The position numbers were made by a program, and so were the translations under genes. Positions 47,442 through 57,127 of a DNA stretch of 64,000 nucleotides are shown in pieces. This stretch comes from Candidatus Collierbacteria bacterium (lineage in GTDB: Bacteria > Patescibacteriota > Microgenomatia > UBA1400 > JACPES01): assembly GCA_016219325.1 (NCBI GenBank), contig JACRNH010000026.1, positions 3,098 to 67,097 on the forward strand, given 5' to 3'. The notes under the pieces were generated by a model. It made no database searches, had not been told where the DNA came from, and saw only the letters and a list, made by a program, of their open reading frames with translations. The first letter of the stretch is position 1. Each line of letters opens with the position of its first letter.

Positions 47442-50306
47442 CTAATGTTTTCTCGCCACCGTTAATAAAATCGGCGAGGCTTTCAACCAGTATAAAACAA
47501 TTGAAAGAGGGAAAGTGAAAATTAAAAGAGAGAGTAAAACAGCCGAAACCAAAATCGCCGAAACCGGCCCATTATTGGTTAAAGCCACAAAATTAAGCCG
47601 CGGCGAAATTAGGTACATAATACTTTGAGCCAGTCCGACCGGAATATATTCCGGCGCGTACAATTGCCGCTGTTCAATCACCTCAAAACCGACCTCTCCC
47701 AACAGATGCGCCAATCCTTTAGGGGTAAAATGAGTCAAGTGCCGGGGAGTATCCAGATGAAACCATTTTGACCCGAATATTAGTCTTTCGGAATTTGCGT
47801 AATTCGGACACTCAATAATTAATATTCCTTTTTTCTTCAACGACTTAAAAATCTTTGCCAAAGCCAGAGCTGGATTAGAAACGTGTTCCAGGCTCTCCCA
47901 AAATGTCGCTATGTCAAAAGTTGCCGAACTTATTTTTACTTTCTCTATTCCTCCGATCAATATATTATTATTCTTAGCGCCGGAAAACGAAGTTTCAATC
48001 CCGGTATAGTTGAATTCCGGCAAAAAGGATCCGGTTGAACCGTCCCCACAGCCAATATCCAATAATTTCCCGGATTTTTTATACTGGCGAATGATGTTAA
48101 GCCGCCTAAACTGAAGTAAATTATAAATAAGTGATTTTACCGGAAAATAATAAGTCTTTGGATAGTATTTAGATAAATCTTTAGGCGCGGGAACTGTAAA
48201 TCCATTTTGGCAAATGGTACAAAAAAACACGGAAAATTGTTCCCCGCTGACGCCATCTTTTACTACGTTTTCAAATCTGGTTAATTTTTGACCGCATTTC
48301 GGACAAGGCGCCGGCTGAATCAACAAGAAAGGCCCCCGCTGGAATCTAAAGAACTTCGCCGCCAAATACTGCCACAATGTCTTAAATGTTCCCAGAGCGT
48401 AAATCGTACTCCGGAACAAGTTAGCCGTATGCATCGCCGGATGGTATCGGCAGGAAATCGGGACTTCGGCGACTTTGAAATCCCAATAAACCGCTTGGGT
48501 GATAATGTCAAAACTAAATAAATAATCGTCGGAATTTTGCCGCCAAGGAACGCTCTCCAATAATTTTCTGGTGTACATCCTGAAACCCGAATGAAATTCC
48601 GACAGCTCCAACCCCAAAACTAACTCGTCAATAAACGACATCGCCCGATTGGCGATAAACTTTACCAACGGCATTTTATTTTTCAACGCTGTTTTTGGAA
48701 AAATAAATCTGGAACCCAGCGCGAAATCATATCCTTCGTTTACCTTTTCCACGAATTTCGGCAGAGCCGACGGATCGTATTGGTCATCCGGATGATATTC
48801 AATAATTACGTCCGCTCCGGCTTCCAAAGCTTTAGTCAAACATACTTTAAGATTTCCCCCGTACCCCAAATTCAATTCGTTTCTAAAAACTGTAATCGGC
48901 AGTTTTTTGGCGACCTGGTAAGTATCGTCCCGGCTGCTGTCATCTACCAAAATCACTTCGTCAACATATTTTTTAGGAATCTTCCGGTATGAATCGACTA
49001 AAGTTTTAGTAGCATTGTAAGCCGGCATTACCAATATTACTTTTTCCGTTTTCCTGCGTGGCACCAGTCTGGAAACCACTTTGACATCCGGCACCGGAAT
49101 AATAAACTTTCCTCCGTTTTCCAGATATTTGAATTGCTTTTCCATTATTTCCTCGGCAAAATTCCATGCCAAAATCACTGCAAAATCCGGTTGAACGTTA
49201 TTTATTGCTTCTTCCGGGGCTATCGGAATGTGGCTTCCCGGCGCCAACAGTCCCTGTTTATACGGAGTGGAATCAACGATAAAGTCCATCACCTCACCGT
49301 CAATTCCGCAATAATTCAATAAAATATTTCCCCTGGCCGACGCTCCGTATCCCACCACCGATTTTCTTTTTGACTTTATCTCCAGTATTTTTTTTCTCAA
49401 CCTTTCCCCCAACCGCGCCACCTCTTCCCCAAATTTCAGGTACGTTTCCGGCCGATTTATCCCGAAACTCTCTTCTAACTTTAATAAATCGCCAATAGCC
49501 GCCGTTCTTATATAATCGGCCCTATCTTTAGCGATAGTAATTCTCAATGCCCCGCCGTCAATCGCCGTCCGCCGGATATCAACTATAAATAATCCCTTTT
49601 TATCCAACAGGTATTTGATGGCCGCCGCCGAAAAATATGACAAGTGCTCATGATAAATTGTGTCAAAATATTTCTTCTCCACTAAATCCAAAAGATAGGG
49701 AAATTCACACACGAATAGGCCGTTTTTGGACAACAGCGTTTTTACTCCGGAAAATAACCCGTGCAAATCCTCAATGTGGGCGACTACGTTGGTGGCGGTA
49801 ATATAATCGGCATTTCCGTATTTTTTAACAATTTTGGCTGCGGTAGCAGGCGAAAAATACGCTGCCAAAGTTTCAACCCCTTTCAGCTCGGCCACTTTTG
49901 CCAAATTTTCCGCCGGATCAACCCCCAAAGTTCTGACTCCTAATTTCTTAAATTCAACCAGCAAACTCCCATCGTTGCTGCCGATATCCACCGCTAATTT
50001 GTTCTTTTTCACCGGCAGTTTCCGGATCATTTCCTGCGCTATCTGGAAAAAATTATCCAATCTGGTTTTTGACGCCGACGGGATATAAACATAATTCCTA
50101 AACATCAGCTCCGGATCAACGATATCCAGCAGTTGAACCAAAGTGCATCTGGGGCAAAATCCGACTCTAAGCGGAAATTTTTTTTCGGTTTTTTTCTCTT
50201 GTTTGGACTTCAAAAACGCGTTTGGCAGAGGCATTTCACCCAAATCAAGAAATTCCACCAGCTCCTTTGAGCCGCAAATCCGGCACCGCTCCACCATCTT
50301 CGTCAT
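47442..50306 (-). CDS. Three-domain fusion: NDP-hexose C-methyltransferase (TylCIII-like, Zn-ribbon + Methyltransf_13/14) - GT2 glycosyltransferase - class I SAM methyltransferase with Zn ribbon and C-terminal TM
   Basis: N-term CRICGSK...CPRC then MTase; middle VILVMPAYNATKTL...ILVDDSSRDDT...GSRF (DPM1-like GT2); C-term CPKCGQ...CTICQ then LLDIGCGDGS motif I; 954 aa. Confidence 0.6.
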   Translation of the reverse strand: MTKMVERCRICGSKELVEFLDLGEMPLPNAFLKSKQEKKTEKKFPLRVGFCPRCTLVQLLDIVDPELMFRNYVYIPSASKTRLDNFFQIAQEMIRKLPVKKNKLAVDIGSNDGSLLVEFKKLGVRTLGVDPAENLAKVAELKGVETLAAYFSPATAAKIVKKYGNADYITATNVVAHIEDLHGLFSGVKTLLSKNGLFVCEFPYLLDLVEKKYFDTIYHEHLSYFSAAAIKYLLDKKGLFIVDIRRTAIDGGALRITIAKDRADYIRTAAIGDLLKLEESFGINRPETYLKFGEEVARLGERLRKKILEIKSKRKSVVGYGASARGNILLNYCGIDGEVMDFIVDSTPYKQGLLAPGSHIPIAPEEAINNVQPDFAVILAWNFAEEIMEKQFKYLENGGKFIIPVPDVKVVSRLVPRRKTEKVILVMPAYNATKTLVDSYRKIPKKYVDEVILVDDSSRDDTYQVAKKLPITVFRNELNLGYGGNLKVCLTKALEAGADVIIEYHPDDQYDPSALPKFVEKVNEGYDFALGSRFIFPKTALKNKMPLVKFIANRAMSFIDELVLGLELSEFHSGFRMYTRKLLESVPWRQNSDDYLFSFDIITQAVYWDFKVAEVPISCRYHPAMHTANLFRSTIYALGTFKTLWQYLAAKFFRFQRGPFLLIQPAPCPKCGQKLTRFENVVKDGVSGEQFSVFFCTICQNGFTVPAPKDLSKYYPKTYYFPVKSLIYNLLQFRRLNIIRQYKKSGKLLDIGCGDGSTGSFLPEFNYTGIETSFSGAKNNNILIGGIEKVKISSATFDIATFWESLEHVSNPALALAKIFKSLKKKGILIIECPNYANSERLIFGSKWFHLDTPRHLTHFTPKGLAHLLGEVGFEVIEQRQLYAPEYIPVGLAQSIMYLISPRLNFVALTNNGPVSAILVSAVLLSLLIFTFPLSIVLYWLKASPILLTVARKH

Positions 50307-50396
50307 AGCTAGTGATTATACATACTCAAAATAAATGTTGTACAATCGGAACTTATGACTATTCTCTTAACCGGCGGCACCGGTTTCATAAACCTT

Positions 50397-51269
50397 TCAG
50401 GGTATCATTTTCAGACCATTGATGATAATCTCAACAAAATGTTCGCCAAAAGTTTTTATGGTATTTTCCGATTCGATGAACGGAACCAAATCCCGTTGAA
50501 CATCTCGCGGGTTAATTTTTTTTACCTTTTCCGCCACCCGGTCGATTACATCTTTTTTCTCACTGATTTTCAGCGCCGCTAATATTCTTTCCCACCGGGG
50601 AACCAGTTGTCCCTGTCTTTTTTGCGCCAGTTCAATCAGCCAAACTAAATCAAACAAGTCACGCCCCTTAAATGATATTTCTTGGTCCCGGCCGCGGAAG
50701 AAATCCCGTCCCAAAAAAGCAATAATTTTATTGGCAAACATTGTCGGCAAATCGTAAGCATTGACAAAAAATGTAAACTCCCGCGTAAAAATAGGGTGAA
50801 CCTCCGTTTGATAAAAACCGATATCTTCCTTGGCAAAATCGCACCGCACAAATAGTTGTTGCCGGTCGGCGGCGCTTTTAACCATTCCGACTTCGTTTAG
50901 GATTCGTGGAAATTTTATAAAAACAGTTCGGCTGTTATTTGCTAATTTTGTTTCCACGCTTTTATACTGCAAGTTTCCGGCGAAATAATTTTTAATTTTG
51001 GCGGAAAATTTTTCGATTTGGAATTTTCCCACGAAATCAAAATCTATGTCCTCTGATAACCGCGGCAAACCATATACTTTTCGCAGGCAAGTCCCGCCGG
51101 TGAAAATCAGCCGTTTAAAGTCGGAATCGCTATAAACAAAATGCAGCAGGTAATCCTGAATCGCCTCTTTCACCCGGCTAAAAATAAAAGGTTTATTCCG
51201 GCCGCGCTCCGCTTCGATCGTGTTTTTAATCACATCGACAATCATAGCTTCCTTTCTTTTTTTAACCAA
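50397..51269 (-). CDS. abiEii: AbiEii/AbiGii-family nucleotidyltransferase toxin (type IV TA/abortive infection)
   Basis: RLIFTGGTCLRKVYGLPRLSEDIDFDF (GGTxL...R.SxDIDF) hallmark. Confidence 0.65.
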   Translation of the reverse strand: MVKKRKEAMIVDVIKNTIEAERGRNKPFIFSRVKEAIQDYLLHFVYSDSDFKRLIFTGGTCLRKVYGLPRLSEDIDFDFVGKFQIEKFSAKIKNYFAGNLQYKSVETKLANNSRTVFIKFPRILNEVGMVKSAADRQQLFVRCDFAKEDIGFYQTEVHPIFTREFTFFVNAYDLPTMFANKIIAFLGRDFFRGRDQEISFKGRDLFDLVWLIELAQKRQGQLVPRWERILAALKISEKKDVIDRVAEKVKKINPRDVQRDLVPFIESENTIKTFGEHFVEIIINGLKMIP

Positions 51270-51916
51270 GCCGCTATTTTTTCCATCTTCGGCGAACCGG
51301 ACTTGGCCGCCAACTTGGAAAAATCGGCCTTTGCCTGTTTGCCCAAAGCGCCCCAGTTAATCCTGCCTTCTTTTAACACATATTTCCGCGTGCCTTCGTC
51401 GGAGACAAACTTTTTCAGGTATAGGAAATCAAACAAGGCCTTGTACGGATAAGCCATCTTTATTATCAAACCGGTATCTCCAAAAACCAATAGCTGATAT
51501 CCGCCGTAAAGTTCTCTCTTTATGTTCCGGTAAATAAATGTTGCTTTTGGGGAAGTATAGACGCGGGGAGACTTCAGCGTTACCGACGTCAAGCTAAAAA
51601 CAGACTCGGGAATAATATTGTATTTAGACAAAACATACTCCAAGGATACGTAAGAAGGCAAACGCAACACGTTGGCAAGATACATCCAGTATAATTCCGA
51701 TTGCTCCGGGTTGCCGGTCATCGTGTCTTGGTAGTGCGAAGACACATAAAATCCTTTCTTCAAAGGGGTTATCAGTTTCTCTTTCGTCAACTTTTTAATC
51801 CAATAATTCAAATCTTCGCCCTCTTTCCCCAAAGCCAAACCCAGGTTCTGCTTGGTAAAATATGGCAGTTGTTTAACCGTGGTAATTAAACGGATAAGTT
51901 GCATGTCATTCCACAA
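51242..51916 (-). CDS. abiEi: AbiEi-family antitoxin/transcriptional regulator
   Basis: About 220 aa, immediately upstream and overlapping AbiEii by 28 nt, N-terminal wHTH-like segment. Confidence 0.5.
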   Translation of the reverse strand: MWNDMQLIRLITTVKQLPYFTKQNLGLALGKEGEDLNYWIKKLTKEKLITPLKKGFYVSSHYQDTMTGNPEQSELYWMYLANVLRLPSYVSLEYVLSKYNIIPESVFSLTSVTLKSPRVYTSPKATFIYRNIKRELYGGYQLLVFGDTGLIIKMAYPYKALFDFLYLKKFVSDEGTRKYVLKEGRINWGALGKQAKADFSKLAAKSGSPKMEKIAAWLKKERKL

Positions 51917-52007
51917 TTAGTAAAATATATTACTAATTGTAGAACAAACTCTATATTTGTCAAGCCGCAACTTTTAGTATACCATCACCAGGTGGTACAA
52001 TCACCGC

Positions 52008-52994
52008 GTGAATAACCTTAATCGTTGCACTATTCTTCTCACCGGCGGAACCGGCTCATTCGGCAAAGCGTTTATTTCATTCTTGTTGTCTCAAGAAAAA
52101 TTTAGCGGCACAATCAGGGTTTTCTCCCGAGGGGAATACGAACAATATAAATTACAACAGCAGTATCTTAGTGATCCCAGGATTCGTTTCTTAATCGGAG
52201 ATGTCCGGGATAAAAATCGTCTCTATCGGGCAACGCAAGGAACCGATGTTATCATTCACGCCGCCGCTCTCAAGCACGTTACCATTGCTGAATATAACCC
52301 ATTCGAAGTGGTAAAAACCAATATTATCGGCTCTCAAAATATAGTTGAAGTGGCTATTGATACCAAAGTTAAAAAAGTAATCCTAATTAGTTCCGATAAA
52401 GCAGTTTATCCCATCAGCCTTTATGGAGCTACTAAATTAGCTGCAGAAAGAATATTTATTCAAGGAAATGTATACGCCGGCACCCAAAAAACCATTTTCG
52501 CGGTGGCCCGGTTTGGAAATTTCATGGGCAGCCGGGGAAGCGTTCTTCCATTATTCTCAAAACAAAGTCATTCGGGAATTTTATCGCTTACCCATCCCGA
52601 TATGACTCGTTTTTGGATAACACCTTCTCAAGCAGCCGCCTTCGTTTTATTGTCATTATCAAAAATGAAGGGCGGAGAAATATTTATTCCAAAATCTCCA
52701 ACTATCAAAATTATAGATCTCGCCAAAGCCATCGCTCCTAAAGCAAAGCATAAATTCACCGGAATTCGCCAAGGTGAAAAACTACATGAGGAGCTTATGA
52801 CAGAACAAGAGCTGGAGTCAAGCGAAACGTTTAACAATTACTATGTTATTCATCCAACAACTGAAGGAAAACTTACCCAACCAACAGAAAAAAAAAGAGA
52901 GAAACGGTTGCTATATCGCAGTGACAGTAATCAATGGCAACTTGATCTGAAAGGAATCAAGAACCTTCTAAAGCTTTCCATATCTCCCGGCTAA
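52008..52994 (+). CDS. UDP-N-acetylglucosamine 4,6-dehydratase (PseB/LegB/CapD short form)
   Basis: ILLTGGTGSFGKAFI, DVRD, VIIHAAALKHV, TNIIG. Confidence 0.7.
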   Translation: MNNLNRCTILLTGGTGSFGKAFISFLLSQEKFSGTIRVFSRGEYEQYKLQQQYLSDPRIRFLIGDVRDKNRLYRATQGTDVIIHAAALKHVTIAEYNPFEVVKTNIIGSQNIVEVAIDTKVKKVILISSDKAVYPISLYGATKLAAERIFIQGNVYAGTQKTIFAVARFGNFMGSRGSVLPLFSKQSHSGILSLTHPDMTRFWITPSQAAAFVLLSLSKMKGGEIFIPKSPTIKIIDLAKAIAPKAKHKFTGIRQGEKLHEELMTEQELESSETFNNYYVIHPTTEGKLTQPTEKKREKRLLYRSDSNQWQLDLKGIKNLLKLSISPG

Positions 52995-54066
52995 TATAGG
53001 TAACATCCTGCTTATTCAAACCAATATAAAACGGCAACGCCAGAGTTTGAGATGCCATCAGTTCGGCAACGGGAAAATCTCCCTTTTTATAGCCGAACAT
53101 TTTTCTCATAAAAGGCTGAAGGTGGATCACCGGAAGATACGGCTTCGTTTGTATTCCCTTTTTTGCCAATTTATTCATCACCCGATCTCTAACTCCGTTG
53201 GTAATCCGGATAACATAGACAAATAACGACAATGATCCCTGGGAATTAGTGCTTGGCATGACAATAGTCTTATTGCCATGCAAATTTTCGTTGTACCAAT
53301 TAGCAATCTTTCTCTTTTCTGCGATCATCCAATCAATTTTTTTTAGTTGGGTCATCCCCAAAGATGCGCTCATTTCATCCATCCGATAGTTGTATCCCAA
53401 TCTTTCGTGAATTAGCCAATCTCCATTAACATTTCTCCCCTGATTTCGCATACTCTTGCATAGATTATAAATTTTTTCCGAATCGGTCACTATCATTCCC
53501 CCTTCGCCTGTTGTCATTTGCTTATTTGGATAAAATGCATAAACTCCTACGTCTCCTATCGTCCCCGAATACTTTTCGTTATATTTCGAACCAAAACTTT
53601 CAGCGGCATCTTCAATAATCAATAGTTTATGTTTATTTGCAATTTTTAAAATTTCTCCCATATTTACCGGCTGACCAAAGACATGAACTGCCACTATTGC
53701 CTTAGTCTTTTTTGTAATTTTAGCCTCGATCAGTTTAGGATTGATATTAAAAGTCAAACTTTCAATATCCGCAAAAACCGGTTTCACTTTCTCATACAAT
53801 AAACAATTTGATGATGCTACAAACGAAAAAGGCGTAGTAATAACTTCATCACCCTCCCCCAGGCTTAACGCCCGCACAGCCAGATGAAGTCCGCAGGTTC
53901 CATTCGAAACCGCACAGGCGTACTTTGCTCCGGTATAAACAGAAATATCTTTTTCAAACTGCAAATATTTCGGCCCCAACGAAAGCTGACCGGAATTTAA
54001 CACCGCTAAAACTCCTTTTTTATCTTCGGCATCAATAAATGGTTTAGCCAGCGGATAAGTTTTCAT
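52957..54066 (-). CDS. DegT-family aminotransferase (PseC/LegC-like)
   Basis: CAVSNGTCGLHLAVRAL, EVITTPFSFVASSN, FAFYPNKQMTTGEGG. Confidence 0.7.
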   Translation of the reverse strand: MKTYPLAKPFIDAEDKKGVLAVLNSGQLSLGPKYLQFEKDISVYTGAKYACAVSNGTCGLHLAVRALSLGEGDEVITTPFSFVASSNCLLYEKVKPVFADIESLTFNINPKLIEAKITKKTKAIVAVHVFGQPVNMGEILKIANKHKLLIIEDAAESFGSKYNEKYSGTIGDVGVYAFYPNKQMTTGEGGMIVTDSEKIYNLCKSMRNQGRNVNGDWLIHERLGYNYRMDEMSASLGMTQLKKIDWMIAEKRKIANWYNENLHGNKTIVMPSTNSQGSLSLFVYVIRITNGVRDRVMNKLAKKGIQTKPYLPVIHLQPFMRKMFGYKKGDFPVAELMASQTLALPFYIGLNKQDVTYISREIWKALEGS

Positions 54067-54850
54067 TTTTTACCCTCCTCATCAGAAATTCCGCAAACTC
54101 AAAATCCAGATTAGTATCAATATCAACTGAACGTTCTTCCGGCATAACGTAAACCCTTGTTTTTCGCTCAAACAAATCTTTCTCCCCAAAAATCTCTCGT
54201 TTCCACATTGCGTAAATACTTCCATTCTGTAAATAAACTTTAGGCGCATCCTGTCTCCTCGTCACCAATTTCGTCGTCCTTTTAGACAAAGTGGCATAAC
54301 CCCTACTATCCACCTCATACATATTGAAGTATGGATTATTGTTGGATTCAGAAACCGAAAAGACGGATTCTGTGTTAGGAATATTCACTAACGTTTTCAC
54401 CGCTGCTTCGATATCTTTCACTATCCTTAACGGACCCGTGGGACTTAAATTAACCACAATATCGTACTGTTCTTTCCAATAATTTTCCGCTTTCCGCACC
54501 GCGTGAATAACGGCCGGAATTACTGAAATTTCATCCGTCGCTAGCTCTTTAGGACGCAAAAAGGGGGGGTTAACTCCGCATTTTTCCGCGACTGATTTTA
54601 TTTCTCCATCGTCTGTCGACACCACAATTCTATCCGCCCAGTCAAACTTTTTCGCTTGCTCAATAGTATAAGTTATTAATGGTTTACCATTTAATAAGCG
54701 AATATTTTTCCCGGGAACGCCTTTTGAGCCACCCCGAGCGCAAATTACCACAATAATAGAATAGCTTTTATACATTTGGTCTTTACTACGGTAGTATTTT
54801 ACCAGTATAATCGAAAATATGAAGGGATTAAAACAAACTTTTGAAATCAC
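54044..54850 (-). CDS. CMP-nonulosonic acid synthetase (acylneuraminate cytidylyltransferase NeuA/PseF/LegF family); contains G7/C7 homopolymer
   Basis: IIVVICARGGSKGVPGKN hallmark; true start likely MYKSYSIIVV. Confidence 0.7.
   Translation of the reverse strand: MISKVCFNPFIFSIILVKYYRSKDQMYKSYSIIVVICARGGSKGVPGKNIRLLNGKPLITYTIEQAKKFDWADRIVVSTDDGEIKSVAEKCGVNPPFLRPKELATDEISVIPAVIHAVRKAENYWKEQYDIVVNLSPTGPLRIVKDIEAAVKTLVNIPNTESVFSVSESNNNPYFNMYEVDSRGYATLSKRTTKLVTRRQDAPKVYLQNGSIYAMWKREIFGEKDLFERKTRVYVMPEERSVDIDTNLDFEFAEFLMRRVKNENLSAG
54563..54569. repeat. G7 (C7 on gene sense strand) homopolymer inside CMP-NulO synthetase gene
   Basis: Read directly; longest G/C homopolymer noticed in this AT-rich window. 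Confidence 0.8.
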
Positions 54851-55967
54851 ACCGGGAAGAAAAGTGGGGAAAAATCATCCGGTCTACTTAGTCGCCGAAG
54901 TCGGAGTTAATCATAACTGGCAGATTAAACCAAACCTGAAATTAGCCAAGGAATTAATTATGCTGGCTAAAAATACCGGTTTCGACGCAGTTAAATTCCA
55001 AACTTGGGTCACCGGCTTAATTTGCCGCCCGGAAGCCAAAAAGGCCGAATACCAAAAAACTAACACTGCTGGAGGTGTCAAACAGACCCAATACCAAATG
55101 ATTGCTAAATTGGAACTGCCGTTTTGGACATTTTTGGAATTAAAAACCTATGCCGATTCGCTGGGAATTACTTTTGTTTCTACTGCCGATGAACCGTTTA
55201 GTTTAGAATTTCTGGATAAATATATAGGCGTACCATTTTTTAAAATTGGTTCCGGGGAACTGGATAATCCACAAATGCATTGCGAAGTGGGTAAAAGAAA
55301 AAAACCGGTAATGTGGTCCACCGGCATGGGGACAATGGCTGAAGTAATGGCGACAAGGAACAACTTACTCAAAGCCGGTTGCGATCGGCAAATCATTTAC
55401 CAGTGCACTTCCAACTATCCGGCGGACAACAAAAACGCAAACCTTAACGCTATGCTGTCAATTCGTAAAAAAACCGGCGGATTAGTTGGACTATCCGACC
55501 ACACCACAGATAATCTAGTCTCCGAAACAGCCGCGGCCTTAGGAGCCGTGGCTATCGAACGGCATATCACCATTGACAAAAACTTACCAGGTCCGGATCA
55601 TCGAGCGTCTTTGGATCCCAAAGAGTGTCAAGATTTTGTTCGTCGAGCCAGACATCCCCGATCTGTAACCGAATTAAAAAAAGAATATGGAGAAAAAACT
55701 ATTAAAAGTATTTTGGGATCAGCCGAAAAAAAACCGGTTCCGGAAGAATCGGAAGTAATGGCCGTCGTCAGAAAATCCGCCACGAGCGGAGCCAAAGGAA
55801 TTCCGGCCGGAACAAAATTAACCGAAAAATCTCTGCCAGAATGGGTATATTTAATGCGGCCGCAAAACGGAGAAATTAAAGCCGACCAGTACTTTGAACT
55901 CTTAAGCAAAACGATAAACGCCGATATCCCCCCTTTCACTCCCCTAAAGCAAACTATGTTACGGTAA
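54819..55967 (+). CDS. Nonulosonic acid synthase (NeuB/PseI/LegI) with C-terminal SAF domain
   Basis: VAEVGVNHNWQ (AExGxNHNG motif), about 380 aa. Confidence 0.75.
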   Translation: MKGLKQTFEITPGRKVGKNHPVYLVAEVGVNHNWQIKPNLKLAKELIMLAKNTGFDAVKFQTWVTGLICRPEAKKAEYQKTNTAGGVKQTQYQMIAKLELPFWTFLELKTYADSLGITFVSTADEPFSLEFLDKYIGVPFFKIGSGELDNPQMHCEVGKRKKPVMWSTGMGTMAEVMATRNNLLKAGCDRQIIYQCTSNYPADNKNANLNAMLSIRKKTGGLVGLSDHTTDNLVSETAAALGAVAIERHITIDKNLPGPDHRASLDPKECQDFVRRARHPRSVTELKKEYGEKTIKSILGSAEKKPVPEESEVMAVVRKSATSGAKGIPAGTKLTEKSLPEWVYLMRPQNGEIKADQYFELLSKTINADIPPFTPLKQTMLR

Positions 55968-55996
55968 TTTTACAACCGGCATGCTAGAATAAAGCC

Positions 55997-57127
55997 ATGC
56001 TACAATCCAAAATAAAGGTTATTTATTTCACAGGTTCTTGGTCCGATTACGCTTTAATGGTACCAATTTTAGAAACGCTAAAACTGGAAAAAATGGTAGA
56101 ACTAGGCTTAGTTGTTACCCATATGCATCTGGACGAACGCTTTGGTCTAACCGTCAAACAAATCTTTGAAAAAGGATTTAAAATCATTGGAAAAATCAAA
56201 ACCGAAATCGTTGAATCCCAAATCGGAATGCTATCAGAGTATCAAGTCATAATTAAAGAACTCCCTCCAATCCTTCTAAGATATCGGCCCAACTACGTGT
56301 TAATCCAAGGCGACCGAATCGAAAGCGCCGCGGCCGCCATGACAGCTTACTTGTTAAGAATTCCAATCATCCATATCGGCGGCGGCTGTATTACCGGTTC
56401 TTTAGACAACGATTTCAGAAACATTATCACCGACCTCGCCGACTGGCACTTTCCACCTACTAAAACTGACGCCAAACGAATTGTCAGTAATGGAAAACCT
56501 AAAAACAGTGTCTTTGCGATTGGAGAACCGGGAATCGACTCGGCTGTAAAAACCAAACTTTTACCTAAAAAAAACTTATGGAAAAAATTCAACCTGGACT
56601 CGAATCAAAAACTACTTTTAGTCATTTTTCATCCCGACACAGGTGAAAAAAGAATTGGTCCCGCAGAACAAATTCAACCCCTATTAACCGTCTTAAGCGG
56701 CATTCGCCACCAAATTTTCCAGATTAATCCTAACGCTGATACCGGAGGTATTGTAATGCGTCGGCTGATCGTTAAATCATCTGGGGAAAAAAGTAATTGG
56801 CAAGTAATAAACAACCTGCCTCATCAACAATTATTGACTTTCTTTAAATACGCGGATGCAATTATTGGCAATTCCAGCGCCGCAATTGTTGAAGCTCCCA
56901 GTTTTAAACTTCCGGTAATAAACATCGGACGGCGCCAAAAGGGTAGACAGATGGCTAAGAATATTTTATCGGTCACTTACGACTCTAAACAAATCTCCCG
57001 CGCTCTGAAAACCGCCCTAAGTCAAGATTTTAAACAAATCCTTCACAACTGCAAAAATCTTTATGGAGACGGTAACGCGGCTGATAGATTTATCAAAATT
57101 TTCAAAAACAAAATTTTAAAGATATGA
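55997..57127 (+). CDS. UDP-GlcNAc 2-epimerase (hydrolysing), NeuC/LegG-like
   Basis: IPIIHIGGGCITGSLDNDFRNIITDLADWHF matches NeuC HIEGGE...D...RH region. Confidence 0.6.
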   Translation: MLQSKIKVIYFTGSWSDYALMVPILETLKLEKMVELGLVVTHMHLDERFGLTVKQIFEKGFKIIGKIKTEIVESQIGMLSEYQVIIKELPPILLRYRPNYVLIQGDRIESAAAAMTAYLLRIPIIHIGGGCITGSLDNDFRNIITDLADWHFPPTKTDAKRIVSNGKPKNSVFAIGEPGIDSAVKTKLLPKKNLWKKFNLDSNQKLLLVIFHPDTGEKRIGPAEQIQPLLTVLSGIRHQIFQINPNADTGGIVMRRLIVKSSGEKSNWQVINNLPHQQLLTFFKYADAIIGNSSAAIVEAPSFKLPVINIGRRQKGRQMAKNILSVTYDSKQISRALKTALSQDFKQILHNCKNLYGDGNAADRFIKIFKNKILKI

